Below, one piece after another: positions 37,707 to 46,301 of a stretch of DNA of 64,000 bases. Numbering within the stretch: position 1 is the first letter of the stretch; each line of letters starts with the position of its first letter. This DNA comes from Bacteroidales bacterium (GTDB lineage Bacteria; Bacteroidota; Bacteroidia; Bacteroidales; Azobacteroidaceae), in the NCBI GenBank assembly GCA_003851245.1, contig BHEP01000002.1, positions 7,403-71,402 of the forward strand, in the 5' to 3' direction. The translations under genes and the position numbers were made by a program. The notes under the pieces were generated by a model, which had not been told where the DNA came from, searched no databases, and saw only the letters and a list, made by a program, of their open reading frames with translations.

Positions 37707-40700
37707 ATGAACACAAAAGAAAACAAAATCAGAAAAGTCTTGGTGCTTGGCTCAGGAGCCCTCAAGATAGGCCAGGCAGGAGAATTTGACTACTCCGGTT
37801 CGCAGGCACTAAAAGCCTTGAAGGAAGAAGGGATCTCAACAGTATTGATCAATCCCAATATTGCTACCATACAGACTTCGGAAGGAGTGGCAGATAAGGT
37901 TTATTTTCTTCCTATTACTCCATATTTTGTGGAAGAAATTCTTAAGAAAGAAGCTCCCGATGGCATCTTTCTTGCTTTTGGTGGACAAACGGCTCTCAAT
38001 TGCGGTACAGAGATGTATCTCGATGGAACTCTAAAAAAATATGGAGTAGAAGTGCTTGGCACTTCTGTAGAAGCCATTATGTGCACCGAAGACCGCGACC
38101 TATTTACCAAAAAACTTGATGAGATAGATGCCAAAACCCCTGTAAGTCAGGCTGTAGAAAACATGGCAGATGCTATTAAAGCGGCCCACAAGATAGGATT
38201 TCCCGTCATGGTAAGATCGGCCTATGCCCTAGGCGGCTTGGGAAGTGGTATCTGTGACAACTTAGAAGAGTTTACCACCCTCTGCGAAAGCTCTTTTGCA
38301 TATTCTAGGCAAATATTGGTAGAAGAATCGCTCAAGGGATGGAAAGAAATAGAGTTTGAGGTGATACGCGACAAAAATGACCATTGCTTCACCGTAGTGC
38401 CAATGGAAAACTTTGATCCCCTGGGCATACATACCGGCGAAAGCATTGTGGTAGCTCCCATAGTATCTCTTTCAAAAGATCAGATAGATATTTTGGAAGA
38501 CATTACAAGAAAAATAATTCGCCATATCGGCATCGTTGGAGAATGTAATATTCAGTATGCTTTCAATGCGCACACCAACGACTATAGAGTGATTGAAATC
38601 AATGCCCGCTTGAGCCGCTCGTCGGCCTTGGCTTCTAAGGCAAGTGGCTATCCTCTAGCATTTGTAGCTGCCAAACTTGCCTTGGGCTATTCTTTGGATC
38701 AAATAGGAGAAATGGGAACTCCCAATTCTGCCTATACAGCTCCTAAGGTAGATTATATTATTGTAAAAATACCCCGCTGGGATCTTACAAAATTTGTAGG
38801 CGTATCGCGCCAGATAGGTTCCAGTATGAAGTCGGTAGGAGAGATAATGTCTATAGGCAAGTCTTTTGAAGAGATTATACAAAAGGGTCTTCGTATGATT
38901 GGCCAGGGCATGCACGGTTTTGTTGGAAATAAAGATCTCGAATTTGAAAACCTCGACGAAGAGCTGCAGAATCCTACTGATCTAAGGATATTCGCCATAG
39001 CCAAGGCCTTAGAAGATGGCTACAGCATAGATCGCATTCATGATCTGACAAAGATTGACCATTGGTTTTTGAAAGGTCTCAAAAACATTGTAGACTATGC
39101 TGAGGTTATAAAAAAATATACGCAGATAGAAGATCTACCGCTAGATGTGCTCAAGGAAGCAAAGAGGCTTGGATTTTCAGATTTCCAAATTGCTCGTTTT
39201 GTAGAAGACCCAAAAGACAATATGGAGAAAGCCAATCTAAAGGTAAGAAACCACCGCAAAAAATTGAAGGTGTTTCCTGCAGTGAAACGCATCAATACCA
39301 TTGCCTCGGAGGATCCCGAATTGACGAATTATTTGTATATGACTTATGGTAGTGAGCAAAATGACATAACGTACTACAAAAACGATAAAAATATAGTCGT
39401 ATTAGGCTCTGGAGCCTACCGCATAGGTTCTTCAGTAGAATTTGACTGGTGCTCTGTCAATGCCGCACAAACTGCCCGCAAGCTGGGTTACAAGGCAATA
39501 ATGATCAATTACAATCCCGAAACAGTATCTACCGACTACGATATGTGCGATAGGCTTTATTTTGATGAGCTGAGCCTAGAGCGCGTCTTGGATATTATCG
39601 ACCTAGAAATACCAAAGGGAGTAATGGTATCTGTAGGCGGTCAAATCCCCAACAATCTGGCAATGAAGCTCCATAGGCAGCAAGTACCCATCTTGGGCAC
39701 CTCGCCCGTAAGTATTGACAGGGCAGAAAATAGGCATAAATTCTCTAGCATGCTCGATCAGTTGGGTATAGATCAGCCACAATGGCAAGAGCTTACCAGC
39801 ATGGAAGAGATTAATTTGTTTGCCGACAAGGTAGGATTCCCCGTTTTGATACGCCCTTCGTATGTCTTGTCTGGAGCCGCCATGAACGTATGCTACACCA
39901 AAGAAGAGATGGAAGAATTTCTTAAAGCCGCCGCCAAGGTATCTAAAGAATACCCTGTGGTAGTTTCGGAATTTTTGCAAAATGCCAAAGAGATTGAGTT
40001 TGATGCCGTAGCCAAGAACGGAGAAATAATAGAATATGCCATCTCGGAGCATGTAGAATTTGCTGGAGTGCACTCAGGAGATGCCACCCTGGTTTTTCCC
40101 GCACAAAAAATATATTTTGAAACCGCTCGTAGAATAAAGCGTGTAAGCAAAAAAATTGCCGAGGAGCTAAATATCTCAGGGCCTTTTAACATTCAATTTT
40201 TGGCAAAAAACAATGATGTGAAAGTCATAGAATGCAACCTCAGGGCATCTCGTTCTTTTCCCTTTGTATCAAAGGTCTTGCGCCGCAATTTTATTGAAGC
40301 AGCCACCAAAATAATGCTTGATGCCCCACACAGTAAGCCCGATAGCTCGGCATTCGATATCGATCATATTGGAGTAAAGGCATCACAGTTTTCTTTTACC
40401 CGCTTGCACAAGGCAGACCCAGTACTGGGCGTTGATATGTCCTCAACAGGAGAAGTTGGTTGCTTGGGCGACGACTACCACGAAGCCCTGCTTTCGGCAA
40501 TGCTGGCAGTAGGCTACCAAACACCAAAAAAAGGTATTCTCATTTCGTCGGGAGCAGCAAAATCAAAAGTTGATCTTTTGGATGCCTGCCTATTACTTAA
40601 AGAAAAAAACTTTGCTATCTTCGCAACGGCCGGGACTCAAAAATTCTTGGGCGACAATGGTGTTGAAGCAACCACAGTAGATTGGCCAGACGAGGATGGA

Positions 40701-40931
40701 GCAAACAATATCATTGATATAATGTCTAGCCATACAATTGATCTGGTAATAAATATTCCTAAAAATCATTCTCGTAGGGAGCTGACCAATGGCTATAAAA
40801 TACGTCGTGCAGCTATAGATCACAACATACCCTTGCTCACAAATGCACGTTTGGCAAGCGCATTTATAGAGTCTTTCTGCACCATGGACGAGAAAGATAT
40901 TCGCATTAAAAGCTGGCAAGAATATAAATAA
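37707..40931 (+). CDS. carB: Carbamoyl-phosphate synthase large subunit
   Basis: 1074 aa. It has duplicated ATP-grasp halves (VLVLGSGALKIGQAGEFDYSGSQA... and IVVLGSGAYRIGSSVEFDWCSV...), an oligomerisation domain and a C-terminal MGS-like domain. No carA is present in the window. Confidence 0.97.
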   Translation: MNTKENKIRKVLVLGSGALKIGQAGEFDYSGSQALKALKEEGISTVLINPNIATIQTSEGVADKVYFLPITPYFVEEILKKEAPDGIFLAFGGQTALNCGTEMYLDGTLKKYGVEVLGTSVEAIMCTEDRDLFTKKLDEIDAKTPVSQAVENMADAIKAAHKIGFPVMVRSAYALGGLGSGICDNLEEFTTLCESSFAYSRQILVEESLKGWKEIEFEVIRDKNDHCFTVVPMENFDPLGIHTGESIVVAPIVSLSKDQIDILEDITRKIIRHIGIVGECNIQYAFNAHTNDYRVIEINARLSRSSALASKASGYPLAFVAAKLALGYSLDQIGEMGTPNSAYTAPKVDYIIVKIPRWDLTKFVGVSRQIGSSMKSVGEIMSIGKSFEEIIQKGLRMIGQGMHGFVGNKDLEFENLDEELQNPTDLRIFAIAKALEDGYSIDRIHDLTKIDHWFLKGLKNIVDYAEVIKKYTQIEDLPLDVLKEAKRLGFSDFQIARFVEDPKDNMEKANLKVRNHRKKLKVFPAVKRINTIASEDPELTNYLYMTYGSEQNDITYYKNDKNIVVLGSGAYRIGSSVEFDWCSVNAAQTARKLGYKAIMINYNPETVSTDYDMCDRLYFDELSLERVLDIIDLEIPKGVMVSVGGQIPNNLAMKLHRQQVPILGTSPVSIDRAENRHKFSSMLDQLGIDQPQWQELTSMEEINLFADKVGFPVLIRPSYVLSGAAMNVCYTKEEMEEFLKAAAKVSKEYPVVVSEFLQNAKEIEFDAVAKNGEIIEYAISEHVEFAGVHSGDATLVFPAQKIYFETARRIKRVSKKIAEELNISGPFNIQFLAKNNDVKVIECNLRASRSFPFVSKVLRRNFIEAATKIMLDAPHSKPDSSAFDIDHIGVKASQFSFTRLHKADPVLGVDMSSTGEVGCLGDDYHEALLSAMLAVGYQTPKKGILISSGAAKSKVDLLDACLLLKEKNFAIFATAGTQKFLGDNGVEATTVDWPDEDGANNIIDIMSSHTIDLVINIPKNHSRRELTNGYKIRRAAIDHNIPLLTNARLASAFIESFCTMDEKDIRIKSWQEYK

Positions 40932-40961
40932 AAGGTAGCTTTTATAAGCTATGCTATTGAT

Positions 40962-40998
40962 AAAAAAGCCAAGTCATATCTATTGACTTGGCTTTTTT
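40962..40998 (+). terminator. Rho-independent terminator after carB
   Basis: AAAAAAGCCAAGTCA (40962-40976) pairs with TGACTTGGCTTTTTT (40984-40998) around a 7-nt loop. The A-tract and T-tract flanks give it a bidirectional design. Confidence 0.75.
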
Positions 40999-41285
40999 GA
41001 TGTGCTCTATAATGTTTTGTGGTGGGTAATCAAATTTGAGTTTGCCCGAAATGAAGTATATCATGTTGATAAAATTATTAATGCTCCTAAATATCTTTGC
41101 CTCATTCTTATTGGTCTTTGGTTTATAGTCTCAGATTGAGCCGAGCCTGCAATACAAGTAGCCTTTTTTTATCAAACCAAACTTCTATCGACTCTAATCT
41201 CCTTTTTCAAAGACTTAGTAGTCTTATTTGTATTTTTTTAACATAATATATTTTCAAATTTCATTTTTTTATAACCATTAATGTG

Positions 41286-41293
41286 TACATTTG
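41286..41293 (+). promoter_or_regulatory. Candidate -7 box upstream of the decayed secreted-protein gene
   Basis: TACATTTG. Confidence 0.25.
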
Positions 41294-41306
41294 GGGATTC
41301 ATATAA

Positions 41307-41698
41307 TACCAAGTTAAGATAAAAAAAATCAAGCTATTGTTATTTCTGTGTTGTAGTAATTTTCTTTTAGCACAACACAGTATAGAGAAAGAGTTAAAAC
41401 CCCTTGCGTTCTGGAGATGCTATTATAAAACAACGCGTTGCTTACATTGATCCAGGATCTTCAACAAAGTACAAGTCTAGGAGAAGCAAATTTGGAATAA
41501 CAAACAAAGAACCGGCATGAAGAAATGGGAGTAATTACAGAAAAGGGAGTATTGGTGTTGCCTAGTTATAAAAATGATGCAAGTAGTGCGAATCTTGCAG
41601 ATTATGGGTATAGTGCTAATAATGGAAAATTTAGCCTGCGTGATTTTACAATACTTTCTAATAAAGGCAATAATTTTCGAAAATTACTTTCTAAATAA
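41307..41698 (+). pseudogene. Decayed small secreted-protein gene (no ATG, at least two frame changes)
   Basis: Frame 1 encodes a signal-peptide-like (I)KKIKLLLFLCCSNFLLAQHSIEKE... with ATA where an ATG would be expected, and stops at 41448-41450. Protein-like sequence continues in a second frame (SGDAIIKQRVAYIDPGSSTKYKS...). It then continues in a third frame as a 57-codon ORF at 41525-41698 (MGVITEKGVLVLPSYKNDASSANLADYGYS...). Confidence 0.35.
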
Positions 41699-41706
41699 TT
41701 TATCTT

Positions 41707-41853
41707 GTGAAAATTTATTCTATTATTTTACTTTCTTTTGTACCTCTTTTCATTTGTTGTAGGCATCATAATGAATGTCAAGATTTAGTGTTTTTTAAGG
41801 ATCCATTATCGGATATTATTGATTCATTCACATCAGATTATCCTGATAAATAA
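41707..41853 (+). pseudogene. Lipoprotein/immunity-like N-terminal fragment, in frame with the Rhs-tip ORF and separated from it by a single TAA
   Basis: A GTG start gives (M)KIYSIILLSFVPLFICCRHHNECQDLVFFKDPLSDIIDSFTSDYPDK*. The next codon after the TAA is the ATG of the 41854 ORF, in the same reading frame. Confidence 0.35.
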
Positions 41854-42417
41854 ATGTATGAGTTGTATGTTAATAAGACAGATCCACATAATACAATACT
41901 AATTATACATGCAGGTAGTCAATCATTAACTGAATCTGTATATAATAATAGAGAATTGAACAAAATTGAATATAATTTCTTACATTTACCCTCTCAAGTG
42001 CAGCATTCGTATGGACATACCGTCAAATATACTTATGATCCAGCCATTGGAAGATTCTTTACCATGGATCCTCTGGCAGAGAAGTATTATAATATCAGTC
42101 CATATGCCTATGTGGCGAATAATCCGCTGAGGTATATTGACCCTACGGGTATGTGGATAGTTGGAACAGATGGAAGAGCAGTAGCTTATTCAAGAAAGAA
42201 TGGATGGTCTGAAAATGCACCTAGAGATGTTCAAAGGCTTGGAAATGCTATGATGAAGACCGAAACGGGAAAGAGTCGACTCAAGTATATGATAGAATAC
42301 AATGAAAAAATTTCTATATCTATGAGTTCTTCAGTTGTAGGAAAGGAACCTGAATATATTTTTGATAATTATAGCTCCATTGGTCCAAATAAGCGCAACA
42401 GATATACCCTTGGATAG
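41854..42417 (+). CDS. Orphan Rhs/YD-repeat protein C-terminal fragment: end of the Rhs core plus an 87-aa variable C-terminal (toxin-candidate) domain
   Basis: Residues 36-100 read NKIEYNFLHLPSQVQHSYGHTVKYTYDPAIGRFFTMDPLAEKYYNISPYAYVANNPLRYIDPTGM. This matches the YD-repeat and RHS-repeat-associated core terminus (xYDPxxGRFxxxDP...SPYxYxxNNPxxxxDPxG). A unique tail follows it. No full-length Rhs shell is present in the window. The region is low in GC. Confidence 0.75.
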   Translation: MYELYVNKTDPHNTILIIHAGSQSLTESVYNNRELNKIEYNFLHLPSQVQHSYGHTVKYTYDPAIGRFFTMDPLAEKYYNISPYAYVANNPLRYIDPTGMWIVGTDGRAVAYSRKNGWSENAPRDVQRLGNAMMKTETGKSRLKYMIEYNEKISISMSSSVVGKEPEYIFDNYSSIGPNKRNRYTLG

Positions 42418-42536
42418 TATAAAAAGAACCATAGTTGAGTTCTTGAAGAAATCAGAATTTGTATCAGAGACTTTAAGTGTGGATAATTTTTGTACATCTT
42501 GTTCTTATTGACAAAAATAGTTTTCAGATAATTGAT

Positions 42537-42692
42537 ATGGAACAACCTTTAGATGATAGTTTGAAAAAAGTTATAGATTTCTTTGAACAGCATAAATACT
42601 ATACAAAAGATGACATTGTATTGTATTTGAGAGAATTAATTAGGATTCACCAATTAAATAATAAAACAATGCTTGATCACTTAAAACGATAA
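42537..42692 (+). CDS. Small ORF downstream of the Rhs tip (candidate immunity protein)
   Basis: 51 aa, MEQPLDDSLKKVIDFFEQHKYYTKDDIVLYLRELIRIHQLNNKTMLDHLKR. The track ORF begins at GTG 42477. The call rests on position only, and the ORF lies 120 nt after the toxin stop, which is further than usual for an immunity gene. Confidence 0.3.
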   Translation: MEQPLDDSLKKVIDFFEQHKYYTKDDIVLYLRELIRIHQLNNKTMLDHLKR

Positions 42693-42800
42693 TAATGGAA
42701 ATGAATACCAGACAGTACGATCCCAATGTCTTGATGACAAAGAATCATGCCTAATGGGCATTAGTTAAAGAAAATCGGGGTGATTTAGACCAAAATATGT

Positions 42801-42808
42801 TATCTTTG
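42801..42808 (+). promoter_or_regulatory. Candidate -7 box for the fumarate hydratase operon
   Basis: TATCTTTG lies 81 nt upstream of ATG 42889. Confidence 0.35.
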
Positions 42809-42888
42809 TGCAGATTAAAATCGCAGTTTAGTTTGATAAGCATCGGTTTTTTAAATTTACTATAAATATAAAGATACAAAATAAAATT

Positions 42889-44505
42889 ATGGCAACACCT
42901 CCATTTAAGTACCAAGAGCCCTTTCCTTTGGGCAAGGACGAAACAGAATATTACCTCCTCACAAATGAGGGCGTAAGTGTTTCTAAATTTGAAGATAAGG
43001 AAATTCTTAAAGTTAGCCCAGAGGCATTGACCCGCTTGGCAAATGCTTGTTTTCATGATTGCTCTTTCTTCTTACGTACTGCACACCAGCAGCAGGTAGC
43101 CAAAATTCTTGCCGACCCCGAGGCTAGTGAGAACGACAAATTTGTTGCCCTCACCTTGTTGCGCAATGCCGAAATTGCCGCCAAGGGTATTCTGCCATTC
43201 TGCCAAGACACTGGAACGGCAACGGTGGTAGCTAAAAAAGGGCAGCAAGTATGGACTGGTGGGGGCGACGAAGAAGCACTCTCGCTGGGTGTTTACAAGA
43301 CCTATACCGAAGAAAATTTGCGCTACTCTCAAACGGTGGCCTTGGATATGTATACCGAAAAAAATACCGCCTGCAACCTGCCTGCACAGATAGACATTCA
43401 GGCCGTAGATGGCATGGAATACAAGTTCCTCTGTGTGGCAAAAGGAGGAGGCTCGGCCAACAAGACCTACCTTTATCAGGAAACCAAGGCCTTGTTGAAT
43501 CCAGAGACCTTAGAAAAATTTATCATTGAAAAGATTAAGTCTTTGGGCACAGCAGCTTGCCCCCCTTATCACATAGCTTTTGCTATTGGAGGCACTTCGG
43601 CCGATGCCTGCCTTAAGACCGTAAAGCTGGCTTCCACAAAATATTATGATGCCCTTCCCACTCAAGGAAATGATGGGGGACAGGCATTTAGAGATATTGC
43701 CTTAGAAGAAAAAATGCTTAAGGCAGCACATGCCATAGGTTTGGGCGCACAGTTTGGCGGCAAATATTTGGCACACGACATTCGTATAGTTCGCCTGCCA
43801 CGCCATGGAGCTTCTTGCCCCGTGGGAATGGCTGTTTCTTGTTCGGCCGATAGAAATATCAAGGCCAAGATAAATAAAGATGGGGTGTGGATAGAAAAAA
43901 TGGAAGACAATCCTGGGAAATATATACCCGAGGCAATGCGCAACGAAGGCGAGGGCAATGCCATAAAAATTGATTTAAATAAGCCCATGAAGGAGATATT
44001 GGCAGAACTGAGCAAATATCCCGTATCGACTCGTCTTTCTCTAAACGGTACTATCGTTGTAGGAAGAGATATTGCGCATGCCAAACTAAAAGAAAAAATA
44101 GACAGTGGCGAGGGACTACCTCAATACATCAAAGACCATCCTATATACTATGCAGGGCCAGCAAAAACACCAGAAGGAATGGCTTGCGGTTCTATGGGGC
44201 CCACTACGGCAGGAAGAATGGATTCGTATGTCGATCTTTTTCAAAGTCAGGGAGGCAGCATGATAATGCTGGCAAAGGGCAATAGAAATCAGGCAGTTAC
44301 CGATGCTTGTCATAAATATGGAGGTTTTTATTTAGGCTCTATTGGCGGTCCAGCGGCTATTTTGGCACAAAACAACATCAAGAGCATAGAATGTTTGGAA
44401 TATCCCGAGCTAGGCATGGAAGCCATTTGGAAAATAGAGGTACAGGATTTTCCAGCTTTTATTTTGGTGGATGATAAGGGCAATGATTTTTTTAAACAAA
44501 TATAA
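42889..44505 (+). CDS. fumB: Class I (Fe-S, FumA/FumB-type) fumarate hydratase
   Basis: 538 aa. The N-terminus [31 protein letters not shown] closely parallels E. coli FumA/B. Cluster and active-site motifs include [10 protein letters not shown] and [16 protein letters not shown]. The A and B isoforms cannot be distinguished here. Confidence 0.93.
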   Translation: MATPPFKYQEPFPLGKDETEYYLLTNEGVSVSKFEDKEILKVSPEALTRLANACFHDCSFFLRTAHQQQVAKILADPEASENDKFVALTLLRNAEIAAKGILPFCQDTGTATVVAKKGQQVWTGGGDEEALSLGVYKTYTEENLRYSQTVALDMYTEKNTACNLPAQIDIQAVDGMEYKFLCVAKGGGSANKTYLYQETKALLNPETLEKFIIEKIKSLGTAACPPYHIAFAIGGTSADACLKTVKLASTKYYDALPTQGNDGGQAFRDIALEEKMLKAAHAIGLGAQFGGKYLAHDIRIVRLPRHGASCPVGMAVSCSADRNIKAKINKDGVWIEKMEDNPGKYIPEAMRNEGEGNAIKIDLNKPMKEILAELSKYPVSTRLSLNGTIVVGRDIAHAKLKEKIDSGEGLPQYIKDHPIYYAGPAKTPEGMACGSMGPTTAGRMDSYVDLFQSQGGSMIMLAKGNRNQAVTDACHKYGGFYLGSIGGPAAILAQNNIKSIECLEYPELGMEAIWKIEVQDFPAFILVDDKGNDFFKQI

Positions 44506-45113
44506 TGGAAATTAAATCAGCCGAGTTTTTGATAAGTAATACCGACCTCAGCAAGTGTCCGCAAGACACTCTTTTGGAATATGCCTTTATAGGGCGCTCC
44601 AATGTTGGGAAGTCGTCATTGATAAATATGCTGTGTTCAAAAAAAGGCTTAGCAATGACTTCCTCTACTCCAGGGAAGACACAATTGATCAATCATTTTA
44701 TCATCAATAAAGAATGGTATTTGGTCGATTTGCCTGGCTATGGCTATGCCCAGCGCGGTAAGAAGGGGAGAAATAAGATACAAGAAATAATCAATCACTA
44801 TTTGGATGGAAGGGATCAGCTTACAATGCTTTTTGTGTTGATAGATTGCCGCTTAGAGCCGCAAGAGATTGATATTGAGTTTATAGAGCTCCTGGGTTTC
44901 AACGAAGTTCCCTTTGCCATTGTATTTACCAAATTGGATAAAATATCTAGCTCCAAGCTACATGAGAATATGCTGGTTTATAAAAACAAATTGCTGGAAA
45001 GCTGGGAGGAGTTGCCTCCCTTGTTTTTCACCTCTTCGGAGACAAAAAAGGGGAAGGACGATTTGTTAAATTATATTGAGGAAATCAATAAGGAGATAAA
45101 AATTAGCAAGTAA
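44505..45113 (+). CDS. engB: Ribosome-biogenesis GTPase YihA/YsxC
   Basis: 202 aa with G1 [13 protein letters not shown]3 DLPGYGYA and G4 TKLDK. Its start overlaps the fumarase stop (TAATG). Confidence 0.92.
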   Translation: MEIKSAEFLISNTDLSKCPQDTLLEYAFIGRSNVGKSSLINMLCSKKGLAMTSSTPGKTQLINHFIINKEWYLVDLPGYGYAQRGKKGRNKIQEIINHYLDGRDQLTMLFVLIDCRLEPQEIDIEFIELLGFNEVPFAIVFTKLDKISSSKLHENMLVYKNKLLESWEELPPLFFTSSETKKGKDDLLNYIEEINKEIKISK

Positions 45114-45158
45114 AAATTGACGAGTAAAAGTGAGACTACAAATTAAAGAATTATATAG

Positions 45159-45629
45159 ATGAACAATTGGTTTGAATGTAAGATTTCTTACGAAAAGATG
45201 ATGGAAAATGGCTTTCCTAAAAAGGTTACAGAGCCATATTTGGTCGATGCACTATCATTTACAGAGGCAGAAGCTAGGATTATAGAGGAAATAAAGCCGT
45301 ATATCTCAGGAGAGTTTACGGTAACAGATATTAAGAGAGCCCGTCTAGCGGAGCTTTTTTTCAATGAGAATGGCGATAGATACTACCGTATAAAGGTTTA
45401 TTTCATCACTCTTGACGAGAAAAGTGGGGCAGAGAAAAAAACTGCTGTTCAAATGCTGGCTCAGGCCTGCGATCTCAAAGAAGCCATCGAAGTGCTTGAA
45501 GCAGGCATGAAGGGTACTATGTCGGATTATGTGATAGCCTCGGTAACAGAAACGATGCTGATGGATGTATTTCCTTTTTCTACGGACGAAAAGAAAACAA
45601 GTTTAGAGCAAGTCCTTGTAGACCAATGA
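45159..45629 (+). CDS. DUF4494-family protein (function unknown)
   Basis: 156 aa. The N-terminus MNNWFECKISYEKMMENG...VTEPYLVDALSFTEAEARIIEE matches my recollection of the Bacteroidota DUF4494 family. It overlaps yggS by 4 nt. Confidence 0.6.
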   Translation: MNNWFECKISYEKMMENGFPKKVTEPYLVDALSFTEAEARIIEEIKPYISGEFTVTDIKRARLAELFFNENGDRYYRIKVYFITLDEKSGAEKKTAVQMLAQACDLKEAIEVLEAGMKGTMSDYVIASVTETMLMDVFPFSTDEKKTSLEQVLVDQ

Positions 45630-46291
45630 GCATAAGCTTGCAATTGCAGGGCATCCTAGCCGAACTTCCCCACAATGTGCGTTTGGTGGCAGTTTCCAAG
45701 TTTCATCCAGCAGAGGATATATTGGAGGCCTATGATGTAGGGCAAAGGATTTTTGGAGAAAGCAAGGTTCAAGAGTTGTGCGCCAAATACGAGGTCTTAC
45801 CCAAGGATATTGCCTGGCATTTTATAGGGCATCTGCAAAGCAACAAGGTGAAATACATAGTGCCTTTTGTCAGCCTAATTCATGGCGTTGATAGCCTCAA
45901 GCTATTGTTGGAAATAGACAGGCAGGCAAAGAAATGCGATAGGAAGATTGCTGTTTTATTGCAGCTTCATATTGCTCAGGAAGAAACAAAATTTGGTTTT
46001 TCCTTTGGCGAATGCTTGGATCTTGTAGCTTCGGATGAGTTTTTGGCATGTCGCAATATTGAGATTTGTGGATTGATGGGTATGGCAAGTAATACCGACG
46101 ACGAGTTGCTAGCAATTGAAGAGTTTAAGGGCTTAGCAGCTTTTTTTAATGACTTGCAAGCCAGTCATTTTAGCCAACAAGAGAGCTTTAAGGAGCTTTC
46201 CATTGGCATGAGCGAAGATTATCTCTTGGCAATAGCACAAGGCAGCACCATGGTGCGTATAGGAAGCAAGATTTTTGGACAAAGAAATTAA
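45626..46291 (+). CDS. yggS: YggS-family pyridoxal-5'-phosphate homeostasis protein
   Basis: 221 aa with the PLP-lysine motif LVAVSKFHP, WHFIGHLQSNKVKY and a C-terminal VRIGSKIFG. Confidence 0.9.
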   Translation: MSISLQLQGILAELPHNVRLVAVSKFHPAEDILEAYDVGQRIFGESKVQELCAKYEVLPKDIAWHFIGHLQSNKVKYIVPFVSLIHGVDSLKLLLEIDRQAKKCDRKIAVLLQLHIAQEETKFGFSFGECLDLVASDEFLACRNIEICGLMGMASNTDDELLAIEEFKGLAAFFNDLQASHFSQQESFKELSIGMSEDYLLAIAQGSTMVRIGSKIFGQRN

Positions 46292-46301
46292 TGGATAGTT
46301 T

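Noticed and set aside
41010-41165. A possible ISL3-type transposase C-terminal remnant on the minus strand. The frame …AGSAQSETINQRPIRMRQRYLG… loosely resembles the …E(G)INxKIKxxKRxxYG… block.
   Set aside because: Only ~34 codons are open, the similarity is a loose pattern recalled from memory, and no inverted repeats or other transposase parts are visible. It is too weak to call. It is worth a blastx only because it borders the decayed islet.
42694-42753. A 19-codon ORF, MEMNTRQYDPNVLMTKNHA, whose 'YDP' could be the start of another Rhs-core fragment.
   Set aside because: It is far too short, and the match is a tripeptide only. It is mentioned only because orphan Rhs cassettes often occur in arrays.
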